A stretch of 59,993 bases of DNA, filler included, from Thelocarpon superellum (Eukaryota): assembly GCA_026025795.1 (NCBI GenBank). It is 3 parts of 3 records of this genome, joined end to end, with 100 filler letters (N's around TTAATTAATTAA, not from the genome) between each part and the next. Parts side by side here need not be neighbours in the genome. Positions count along the whole stretch, not along the records: positions 40,170 to 59,993 come from JAPEUG010000338.1; 2 more parts are not named here. One strand, given 5' to 3'. The translations under genes and the position numbers were made by a program. This document shows, in pieces, positions 49,893 through 59,993 of this stretch. Within the stretch, counting starts at the first letter, position 1, and the number at the start of each line of letters is the position of its first letter. Below the pieces are notes generated by a model. That model did no database searches. It saw only the letters and a list, made by a program, of their open reading frames with translations, and was not told the DNA's origin.

Positions 49893-50647
49893 CTAGCCCA
49901 GATCCATTGCATCCGGATCGTCCCCCATACTGCTGAAGACAGGTCCCAGAGGCAGATCCAAGGATGGTCCGGGGCCCGCTGCGGCGGACTCCGGCGCGGA
50001 CTGTACGTCCTTCTCCTGGGCGCGCGCGCGGGACTCGATGATGGCGCGCCGCACATTATCCTCCTCTTGGGGGACGGAGAGAGAATTGGGCACGCCGTAG
50101 AGCACTAGTTCACGATGCTGCGCGGCCTCGGTCGGACGGTGGAGCAGCACCGAACGCGGGATGCGAGTGAGCCGCTCCTCCACGTCAGGGAGGAAGACGA
50201 TTTTCTCCTCGCCATCGCGGGCGCGGTCACCGCCACCGCCACCGCCACCGCCACCGTCGGCCGACTCGTCGCCCGAGAGCTCGTCGTCGAGGTTAGCAAT
50301 GTAGACGCGGTACTTGGTATCGTCCACCTGCATCGCGTCATTCGTCGGCGCGGGTGGTGTCGTGCGGTCGGTCGCGGGCCGTGTTGTGACCGGGACCGGA
50401 ACGTGTGCGGTGCCAGAGCGATCTACGGTCCCGCCCCCGTTAGCTCTCCCACCTCCCATCCAACTTCCGCTCTCATCAGACGGGCTCACCCCTCGGGCAA
50501 GGATCGCCCGGAGAGCCAGCGCCGAGTCGGGCACGCACCTAGCTGCAAGAGACTCAATCGTTTCGTCAGCCGCTGCTCGTTGTCCAGCTGCTCAGCCGCG
50601 CCTCGTTTGACGCCGTGCGGCGGCTCAAACGCCTGCGGTGGACTCAT
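49893..50647 (-). CDS. Conserved fungal hypothetical protein, 2 exons
   Basis: MSPPQAFEPPHGVKRGAAEQLDNEQRLTKRLSLLQL|..MQVDDTKYRVYIANLDDEL..IVFLPDVEERL..ELVLYGVPNSLSVPQEEDNVRRAIIESRARAQ..DDPDAMDL; GTGCGT donor at ~50538. Confidence 0.78.
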
Positions 50648-50802
50648 CACTTCTCCATCCCACGGGTCCCTGAGCGATCAGCTTCGCACAGTGTGTCACC
50701 TGCTCGACTGGCTGCCACCGAGAGACATCGAGGAAAGCGCGCGGCGGGGGTGTGTCAGTGTAGCGTCGGCGGCCTCGCCCGTCGCCCGAGCAGCGATCGT
50801 TG

Positions 50803-53800
50803 ATGCGCGGTTGGGAGAGCTTGCGAAGTTTCCGCCGCGGACTCAATCTGAGTCGCTCCAAGCGATTGACGCCTTTTCTTGTCCCCTTCCCGACCTGCCT
50901 CCGCCCCGCCACTTGCACCCCGCATCGCCCCCGTTACTGCTCGATTCGCGCTGCGCCACCGGTGACCATGTCGTCCACGGGACGTGACGGTCCGGAATGG
51001 ACTGCCGTCCGCGTGCGCCAAACCTATCTGGACTACTTTGAGAAGAACGGCCATACCTTCGGTAGGTGCGATGGATATCAAGCGGAGGCCCAGCCGCTGA
51101 TGTCACCGGGCCCCAACAGTTCCCTCCTCGTCCGTCGTCCCGCTCTCGGATCCGACACTCCTCTTCGCAAATGCGGGTATGAACCAATACAAGTCCATCT
51201 TCCTGGGCACCGTCGACCCCCACTCCGCCTTTGCAAAGCTCAAGCGTGCCGTCAACTCGCAGAAGTGTATTCGTGCGGGGGGAAAGCACAATGACCTGGA
51301 CGACGTGGGCAAAGATAGCTACCACCACACCTTCTTTGAGATGCTGGGCAACTGGAGCTTCGGCGACTACTTCAAGAAGGAAGCCGTCCACCTCTCCTGG
51401 ACTCTGTTGACACAGGTGTACGGCATCGAGCCGGACCGGCTGTATGTCACCTATTTTGAAGGGAACGCTCAGGGCGGACTGGAGCCGGATGTGGAGGTCA
51501 AGAACTTCTGGCGCGAGGTCGGCGTGGCCGAGGACCACATCGTACCCGGCAACATGAAGGACAACTTCTGGGAGATGGGCGACCAGGGACCGTGTGGGCC
51601 CTGTAGCGAGATCCACTACGATCGGGTTGGGGGCCGGAACGCGGCGCATCTTGTCAATCAAGATGACCCCTTGGTCTTGGAGATCTGGAACAACGTCTTC
51701 ATCCAATACAACCGCGAACCGGATCGGTCACTGCGATCGCTCCCCAGCAAGCACGTGGACACGGGGCTGGGCTTCGAGCGCCTAGTGTCCGTGCTGCAGG
51801 GCAAGATGTCGAACTATGACACCGACGTCTTTGCCCCCCTGTTCACCCGGATCCAGGAGCTCACTGGCGCCGCCCCCTACCACGGCCGCTTTGGCGCCGA
51901 GGATGCTGATGGCATGGACACCGCCTACCGCGTCGTCGCCGATCACACGCGACTCCTCACCTTTGCCATCTCCGACGGCGGCATCCCCAACAACGAAGGC
52001 CGCGGCTACGTCGTCCGCCGCGTGCTCCGTCGCGGTGCGCGGTACGCGCGCAAGTACTTCCACGTCGAGATTGGAAGCTTCTTCTCCCAGCTGGTGCCGA
52101 CGCTAGTCGCGCAGATGGGCGACATGTTTCCCGAGATCCGGCACAAGGAGGCCGACGTCAAGGAGATCCTGGACGAGGAAGAGGAGTCGTTCTCGCGCAC
52201 GCTCGACCGCGGCGAGAAGATGTTTGAGCATTACGCCCAGAAGACCCAGGCGCGCCACTCCACCACCCTCGACGGCGCCGACGTCTGGCGTCTCTACGAC
52301 ACCTTCGGCTTCCCTGTCGATCTCACGCGTCTGATGGCGGAGGAACGCGGGCTCGCCATCGACGACGACCAATTCGCCGAGGCCCAGGCCAAGGCCAAGG
52401 AGGCCAGCAAAGGGGCGAAGAAGGCGGTCGCGGACACGGTCAAGCTGGACGTGCATGACCTGGGCAAGCTAGAGACGATGCATGGCGTGCCCAAAACCAA
52501 CGACGAGGCCAAGTTTGGCCGAGGTAACATCACGTCGCAGGTCAAGGCCATCTATCACGCGAAGCAGTTCCATCCCGACACCTCCGCCGTCCCGTCCCAG
52601 ACGCAGCTTGGCGTCATCCTCGACCGCACCAACTTCTACGCCGAGCAAGGTGGACAGGAGTATGACACGGGCAAGATCCTGATTGACGGTGTCGCCGAGC
52701 TGGAGGTCGACAACGTGCAGGTCTACGCCGGCTACGTCCTCCACACCGGCTATCTCAAGTACGGGAATCTCTCGGTGGGCGACGAGGTCATCTGTGAATA
52801 CGACGAGGTATGACGCGTGCTCCCTGCCCTCCTTCGATCGCCCGGCTGACCGTCCTTCAGTTGCGTCGATGGCCGATTCGGAATAATCACACGGGCACGC
52901 ACATCCTGAACCACTCCTTACGCGCGGTGCTCGGCGACGGCGTCGACCAGAAAGGGTCGCTCGTGGCGCCGACCAAGCTTCGCTTTGACTTTTCGCACAA
53001 AGCGCCCATCTCAGTGCCAGAGCTGCAGCAGATCGAGGAGCGCAGCACGTCGTACATCCGGCAGAACTGCCAGGTGTTCGCCCAAGCCGTCCCGCTCGCC
53101 ACGGCGCGCGAGATCGAAGGCCTCCGCGCCGTCTTCGGCGAGACCTATCCCGATCCGGTTCGGGTGGTGAGCGTGGGCGTCAGCGTGGACGACCTGCTCC
53201 AGAACGTCAAGAACCCGGAGTGGAGCAACATCAGCGTGGAGTTCTGCGGCGGTACCCACGTGGCGAAGACGGGCGACATCAAGGACATGGTCATCGTGGA
53301 GGAGAGTGGGATCGCCAAGGGCATCCGACGCATCATCGCCGTCACAGGAGAGGAGGCGCACGCGGCCCAACGGCTCGCGGATGACTTCTCCGCGCGCCTC
53401 ACGCGACTGGAGAAGATGTCCATGGGGCCGGACAAGGAGCACGGCCTGAAGACCATCCAGACGGAGCTGAACGAGCTCTCCATCTCCACCGTGGCCAAGG
53501 CCGCTTTCCGCGACCGATACGCAAGCCTCCACAAGGAGGTGCTGGACGCACAAAAAGCCCGACAAAAGGCCGAGACCAAGAAGGCCGTCGAGACGGTGTC
53601 GGACTTCTTTGGCAAGAAGGAGAACGAGGGCAAACGGGTGTTCGTGGCGAAGCTGCCCATCTCTGCCAACACGAAGGCCATCGGCGAAGCCATCAACCAC
53701 GTCAAGAGCAAGGACAAGGACAAGTCCATCTACGTCTTTGCCGCCGATGCGCAGGAGCAGAAGGTGGTGCACGGATGCTACGTCTCCGAGGTGAGCGTCA

Positions 53801-54014
53801 CCGGTGGAATGACCATGCCATGGCTGACGACGTGCAGGATGTGAGCAAGCATGGTGGCTCTGCGGTTGAGTGGGCCACCACGGTCGCTGGCATCGTGGGA
53901 GGCAAAGCGGGAGGGAAGGGATCCTCGTGTCAGGGCGTGGGTCAGCACGTGGACAAGCTTGACGAAGCCGTGGCGCTGGCGGAGAAATGGATTACGGAGA
54001 AGCTACATTTGTGA
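50803..54014 (+). CDS. ALA1: Alanine--tRNA ligase, probable mitochondrial (ATG 50803) and cytosolic (ATG 50968) forms; 4 exons
   Basis: [57 protein letters not shown], editing motifs NHTGTHIL and EFCGGTH, and C-terminal GGKAGGK. Confidence 0.97.
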
Positions 54015-54427
54015 TGATCTGATGTGCGGGACGGCCCGTGGTCCACGCGATTGATATATGGAGGAGTTTGATAGGAGAGATCGACTCTTGAGATCTCTAA
54101 GTACTCCTGTATCTGCATACACTCCGTAGATAAGATATGATTGATATGATTGAATCTCTACGGCGGGCGACGATGAATGCACTTGCGGGCTTGTCTCTCT
54201 CGCGCGCCGTAACTTTATCATCGTTTGGACTTTTTGGACGAATTCCACCTCCCCGCCACGAAAGGTTGTAGCTTGCCAGATCACACTTCAGGACGGCCCT
54301 GGGCCGAGAGGGATGTGTCGAGGATGTCTAGCATACTGATACCCGATGTGATACGGTAATGCTCGTGCCGATCGAAGATCTGGCCCTCGTCTTCTCCCCA
54401 GAGAATTGAGCATCCACGCCTGCGAAG

Positions 54428-57400
54428 ATGCCTCGAAAGGCAATGTATGTTCACGGTGTCGTCGACGCTGTCTTCACCCATCATGTTCTTGGGGAGTGCT
54501 GATCCTTACTGCATACAGTGACTCGCGAATCCCCGCGTTGATTCGCAATGGCATTCAGGTCAGTTCTTCCGGATCGAGACCTCGCCACCCTGCTCATGAG
54601 CGTAGGAGAAGAAACGAAGCTTCATCGTGGTGGTGGGCGATCGAGCGAAGGATGTCATCGTTCACCTCCACTATGTCATGTCCAGCGTGGATGTGAAACA
54701 GAACAGATCCGTGCTCTGGGCATACAAACGGGAGCTGCTGGGCTTCACCAGGTAAGATCAAGTGGGCGGGATTGGCAGTCCCCCGTCCTCGCTGACGAGC
54801 CCAGTCACCGCAAGAAACGCGAGGGCAAGATCAAGAAAGAGATCAAACGAGGGGTCCGTGAACCCAACACCGAAGACCCCTTCGAGCTGTTTGTCTCGCT
54901 CCACAACATCCGCTATGTATACTACAAAGAAACCGACAAGATTTTGGGCAACACCTATGGCATGTGTGTGCTGCAAGACTTTGAGGCCATCACCCCCAAC
55001 CTCCTGGCCCGGACGATCGAGACGGTGGAGGGCGGAGGCTTGGTGCTGCTTCTTCTGAAGGGCATGAACAGCCTGAAACAACTGTACACCTTGTCCATGG
55101 ACGTGCACGCCCGATATCGCACCGAGGCACACGACGATGTGACGGCACGATTCAACGAGCGCTTCATCTTGTCCTTGGGCAGCTGCGACGCATGCTTGGT
55201 CGTGGATGATGAGCTGAACGTCTTGCCCATCTCGGGTGGCCGGAATGTGTACTCACTCCCGCCTCCGAACCCCGAGAATGGGGGCAAGACGGCAGCTCAG
55301 CGGGAGCTGGACAGCATCAAGGAGAGCATGGTCGACTCGCAGCCCGTGGGCTCGCTCATCACACTGGCGCGAACGGTAGATCAGGCGAAAGCATTATTGA
55401 CCTTTGTCGAGGCCATTGCGGAAAAGACACTCCGAAGCACGGTGACGCTGACGGCGGCACGTGGCCGGGGTAAATCGGCGGCGTTGGGCATGGCTGTGGC
55501 CGCAGCCGTTGCACACGGTTACAGCAACATTTTCATCACCTCGCCCAGTCCCGAGAACCTCAAGACCTTGTTTGAGTTCGTATTCAAGGGGTTCGATGCG
55601 CTCAAATATCTGGACCACGCCGACTACACCATCATCCAATCGACCAATCCCGACTTCAACAAGGCCATCGTCCGAGTTAACGTGCACCGGCAACATCGAC
55701 AGACGATTCAATACATCCAGCCTCAAGATGCCCATGTCTTGGGTCAAGCAGAACTCGTGGTGATTGACGAGGCGGCGGCGATCCCGTTGCCGCTGGTCAA
55801 GGCGTTGATGGGACCATATCTGACCTTTATGGCATCGACGATCAATGGATACGAGGGCACGGGACGGTCGTTGTCGTTGAAATTGATTCAACAACTCCGG
55901 GAGCAGTCCCGGGGTGTGCCGCGTGATGGAGCCGTGGACAATGGACACGGGACGAAGAACGGAGGGCGAGTATATCCGACGGGAAGGACGTTGCGGGAGA
56001 TCACCCTCTCCGAACCCATTCGATATGCACCGGGTGATGCTGTCGAAGCCTGGCTGAACAAGGTGCTTTGTCTGGACGCCACCCTTCCTCGGTCCAAGAC
56101 GAACGCTCAAGGCTGTCCGCATCCATCGCAATGCCAGCTGCTCCACGTCAACCGAGACACGCTGTTTTCCTTCCATCCGGTGTCCGAGAAGTTCCTTCAG
56201 CAGATGATGGTGCTCTACGTGGCAAGCCATTACAAGAACTCGCCCAACGACCTCCAGCTGATGAGCGACGCTCCGGCACATCAACTGTACGTGCTGGTGC
56301 CGCCGGTGGACGAGAACACGTCGAGATTACCGGAGCCGTTGTGCGTCCTCCAGGTGGCGCTTGAAGGGCAGATTAGCAAGCAGAGCGTGTTCAACAGCCT
56401 GCGTCGAGGACAGCGAGCCGGGGGGGATTTGATCCCGTGGCTGGTCAGCCAGCAGTTTCAAGATGAAGGGTTCGCCACGCTCTCCGGTGCGCGCGTGGTG
56501 CGCATCGCGACCAATCCCGATTACGCCGGGATGGGGTATGGGTCACGGGCAATGCAGCTGTTGCACGAGTTTTACGAAGGCAAATTCACCAGTCTGTCGG
56601 AGAGCGACGGACCGGCAGAGGAGGAAGGGGTACGGGTGACGGACGCGGACTTGGCCCGATCAAGCTTACTCGAGGACAACATCGAAGTACGCGACATCCG
56701 CAGCATGCCTCCCCTCTTCTCCAAATTGTCGGAGCGACGACCAGACCCGTTGGACTATGTAGGGGTCAGCTACGGCCTCACGCCATCGCTACACAAATTC
56801 TGGAAACGAGCGGGCTTCGTGCCGGTCTACCTGCGACAGACGCCGAACGAGCTGACGGGGGAGCATTCGTGCGTGATGCTTCGCACGCTTGCGCGCCCAC
56901 TGGACCAAGTCGACGCGTCGTGGCTAGGAGCTTTCTCGCGTGACTTCCACCGTCGATTTCTGTCGCTCCTCTCCTATCAATTTCGCTCCTTTCCCGCGGT
57001 GCTGGCCTTGAGCATCATTGAGTCGGCCTCGGCAGGCTTCAAGTCCGAGGGGCCATCGACGTCACCCCTGTCGAACACCGCGCCGCTCTCTAAGAGCGAG
57101 CTCGACGGCCTCCTCTCCCCATTCGACCTCAAACGCCTGGACTCATACGCAAACAACATGCTCGACTACCACGTGATCCTCGACCTCCTCCCTACCATCG
57201 CTCATCTACTCTTCCACCATCGGCTCCAACCGGCCGTGAAGCTCTCAGGGGTACAATCATCCATCATGCTTTCCGTTGGCCTACAACGCAAGACGCTCGA
57301 CGACCTCGAAGCCGAGCTGTCCCTCCCTTCGAACCAGCTTCTAGCCATGTTTGTGAAAAGCATTCGCAAAGTCTCGGCTCATTTCCGTTCCCTCGTCGAA

Positions 57401-57967
57401 GGCGCCGTGGCCGAGACCATGCCACCAGAGGAAGGCATCGGCACGAGTCGCGAAGACGCGTCGGGCGTGCACGAAGAGGGGGATGAAGTCATTGACGAGA
57501 AATTTCGCCCACTAGCACAAGATCTGGACGAGGAATTGGAGGAAGGGGGTGGCGAGGCGTTGAGAGAGTTGCGGGAGAAGCAGAGGGCATTGATTGATTC
57601 GTTGCCCTTGGATGAGTGCGTTCCCCACCGCCCACTTGCATGTTCTCGTTGTGGCAGGGAAGGTAAACTAACGTGAGACAGGTACGAGATCCCCAACACG
57701 AAGAGCACGAAATGGGCAGAAGCAGAGCGACAGATCGCGCGGGCTAGCAATACCGACTCAGCATACAAGAGCATGACGGTGAGCGTGAAGACCACAGGGT
57801 CGGTCTCTGGAGCTAGGACCACAGGAGCCAAACGCAAAAATGGAGCTGGAGGAGGAGAGACAATGAACGAGATCTACGAGCAAGAAATGAACAAGGATGG
57901 AAAGACGGGAAGGAAGATGAAGAAGATGAGGGGGGCAGATACGAAGAGGAAAGGTTCTAGGAACTGA
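54428..57967 (+). CDS. KRE33: RNA cytidine acetyltransferase Kre33/NAT10, 5 exons
   Basis: MPRKAI|DSRIPALIRNG, QDFEAITPNLLARTIETVEGGG, Walker-like TAARGRGKSAALG, VIDEAAAIP, STINGYEGTGRSL and GNAT motif RIATNPDYAGMGYG. Confidence 0.97.
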
Positions 57968-58183
57968 AGCATATAGGCAACTGACGGATGCGGGCTGGGT
58001 GGAAGTTGATGAATTGAAGAGGATATCCAGTCTGCACTCTGCTTTGCTCCTGACCCTAATCCACCAACGCAAGTTCAGGACCGAGACCAAAGTCAAGTCG
58101 AATCTGTCAAACCAACAGTACCCTCACCCACCCTCGTGACCCAGCGCAAGAGCGGCCCAAGACAAAGTCAAGAAGACGAGGGA

Positions 58184-59183
58184 TCATCGACGTTTGCCAA
58201 GCTCAGAAACATTCCCGTTACAGGATCCAATTCATTCGCGCACGTATTCGGACCGTTGAGAAGGTGGTCAAACCTGGTATGTCGTACCTGTTAGCGCCGC
58301 CCTTCCTTCTGTCTATCCGGAGAGAGAGAGGGGGGGGAGAGACTCACGCAGCACGTAGTCCATTATAAAGCAAGCTGTCGTTCAACAGCAACGGCTTCTC
58401 CACCGCAAGCGAGGCGTTGCAATGTCCTGAGACGTTCCAGAACACCATCCCCGGCGTCCCCGCGATCGAGGGCACGGTGACATTAGCTTGGGGAAACTGT
58501 TCGAGTGCCAACTCGTAGGCGTTGGCGCAGTCGTCGCGGGGACATGTCTTGGTTTCAGGAGGACGGGCAAAGCTCAGAAACAGTCCCGTCACAGGATCGG
58601 TTTCGTTCCTGCACGCACCACTGGGATCGAGAAGACTGTCGAACCTGGTGCGCCGTACCCGTCAGCGCTACCCTTCCTTTTGTCTATCCCGAGCGAGAGG
58701 GGGGCGAGAGACACACGCGTCACTCAATCCGCCTACGGGAGAGAGCAAGCTATCGTTCACCAACAACGGCTTCTCCACCGTATTCGAGGCGTTGCAATTC
58801 TTCGAGACGTTCCAGAACACCATCCCCGGCGTCCCCTCGATCGAGGGCACGGTGGCGTTCGCATGGGGAAACTGCATTAGTACCGCCTCGTACGCGCCGA
58901 AGCAGTCGTTGTGGGGACAGGTATTGTTTCCCGCTGCGCCGATTGCCGCCGCTGTTATTCTGCTGGCGGAAGACTCGTCGGGGTTTCCCCCATTTGAGCC
59001 TCCTCCGTCTGCGTTTCCTCCGTATTCTAGAGAACCCGAAGTGCCGGATGATCCTCCCACTAGCTGGGCCGGGGGTGGCGCTTGGGCCTAGGGTGGGGTC
59101 TGGGGACGCGGGGAAGCTTGCGCAACGGCCGCGAACATCCCCGCGCCGAGCGGGAGGAGGAGCGAGGCCTATGTCAGTTGCAT
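58184..59183 (-). pseudogene. Secreted protein gene with two tandem 4-Cys domains, interrupted by two in-frame TAGs (59169-59171, 59088-59090); introns 58645-58716 and 58274-58347
   Basis: MQLT*ASLLLPLGAGMFAAVAQA-SPRPQTPP*AQAPP, a Gly-rich linker, then two copies of TCPxxDCxxAYE..QFPxANxTVPSIxGTPGMVFWNVSxxCNAS..VEKPLLxNDSLL..FDxLL..CxNExDPVTGxFLSF; stop TGA 58184-58186. Confidence 0.7.
58199..58921. repeat. Tandem intragenic duplication, unit ~370 bp, including the intron
   Basis: Near-identical stretches such as gagacgttccagaacaccatccccggcgtcccc.cgatcgagggcacggtg at ~58431 and ~58804; both introns share tgtctatcc and ccttcctt. Confidence 0.92.
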
Positions 59184-59679
59184 CCTTGTGGATAGATGCC
59201 AGACGAGATTGATGACGGGAACAGGAGACAAGATACGTGACGAAGATAGGAATCGATGCACAGACAGACAGGAGGAGAGCTAGAGAGACAGAAGGAAGAG
59301 GAAGGAGGGAGAGGGTGGGTATATGAAGAGGAAGATGAGAAAGGCCATCTTGACCGGGAGACAGGCTTGCCTGTATATGTGTTGCGAGTCTTGGAGACTC
59401 TCCCTCCTGTTCCTCGGTGAGGCATGTCTCCGTACAAGACGCAGGTCTCCATATATGCAAAGACCATCGATGAAATGAGAGAGAGGTTTTGCAATGAAAC
59501 GCATGGCTTGGGCGTGCACATCAATCAGTGCATCAGCACGCATGTCATGGACAACACTGCGTGTCTGTGCCAGACCGTATATGTACATGAGGCGTGATCT
59601 TCATCGTGTCCATACTTTGTCTCACCTCGCCTCGTCTCGCATGACATGTGCTACTAATACTGTTGGCAACAACTCCTAG

Positions 59680-59873
59680 TGTAGGAATCAGAGCGGTAAG
59701 TATCCTCTTGCAAATTCTGCACATAGCTGAGATAGTATATGGAGGCGCATGTGACTAAGTCACGTGCGCGCCCCTTCACTGGTAGTAAATGTTAGTTGGA
59801 ACGAGATCTTGATGCCCAACACCCTTGGGTGCTGGCGCTCTCCATTTGTCTATCATCTATGTTACTTCTAACA
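59680..59873. mobile_element. Possible degenerate solo LTR (~194 bp)
   Basis: TGTAGGAA..TTCTAACA imperfect inverted termini (TG..CA), internal palindrome around GTGACTAAGTCAC, and lower GC; no matching TSD seen. Confidence 0.35.
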
Positions 59874-59993
59874 GTATCCACCTAGAAACCGGCCACACCT
59901 AGAAACCGGCTACTTTTCTCTCGACCCTACCTCCACAATCAGCCACAACTCCACCACCACAACTGCTACTTATCAACCCTTAGAGATGTAAGT
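59872..59993 (+). mobile_element. Possible left end of a Fot1/pogo-like DNA transposon (TIR with internal direct repeats), cut by the window edge
   Basis: CAGT start, 15-bp direct repeat CACCTAGAAACCGGC at 59879-59893 and 59896-59910, then a C/A-rich leader; no transposase is visible. Confidence 0.45.

Noticed and set aside
54548..54805. ORF-track N-terminus of KRE33 (also the extended starts of hydrophobin at 38620 and GPALPP at 46366)
   Set aside because: These read through introns or UTRs; true starts are supported by splice signals and conserved N-termini.
1..59993. Genome-wide reassignment of TAG to a sense codon
   Set aside because: TAG terminates conserved proteins at their expected C-termini (e.g. 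GPALPP ..GSFL*, POL31, CYS3), and long genes (VPS8, KRE33, ALA1) contain no internal TAG.

Overview
This is intron-rich, GC-rich genomic DNA from a filamentous ascomycete, judged from GT..CTRAC..YAG introns and fungal-type orthologues. It consists of three ~20 kb pieces joined by artificial 100-nt linkers (N44-TTAATTAATTAA-N44 at 19991-20090 and 40070-40169). Segment 1 carries EMC3, an uncharacterised multi-exon gene, a She3-like coiled-coil gene, PTA1, COA3, DEP1, NOP12, CYS3 and a truncated HPM1. Segment 2 is accessory-like: POL31, a caspase-fold (HG/DC dyad) protein, a Cys-rich single-pass sensor, small orphan or secreted proteins including an M35-prodomain-like protein, and a class I hydrophobin. 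Segment 3 carries VPS8, a GPALPP/DUF3752 gene, an RCR-like gene, a conserved hypothetical gene, ALA1 with an upstream mitochondrial start, KRE33, a tandem-domain secreted gene and transposon remnants. The most striking signal is four in-frame amber codons, all in a UAG-G context, interrupting three otherwise intact genes. The UAG codons that end my gene models here are followed by A or C. These sites are candidates for restorative A-to-I editing, readthrough, or RIP-type CAG>TAG damage. All exon models were derived by eye and family assignments are from recognition, not database searches.
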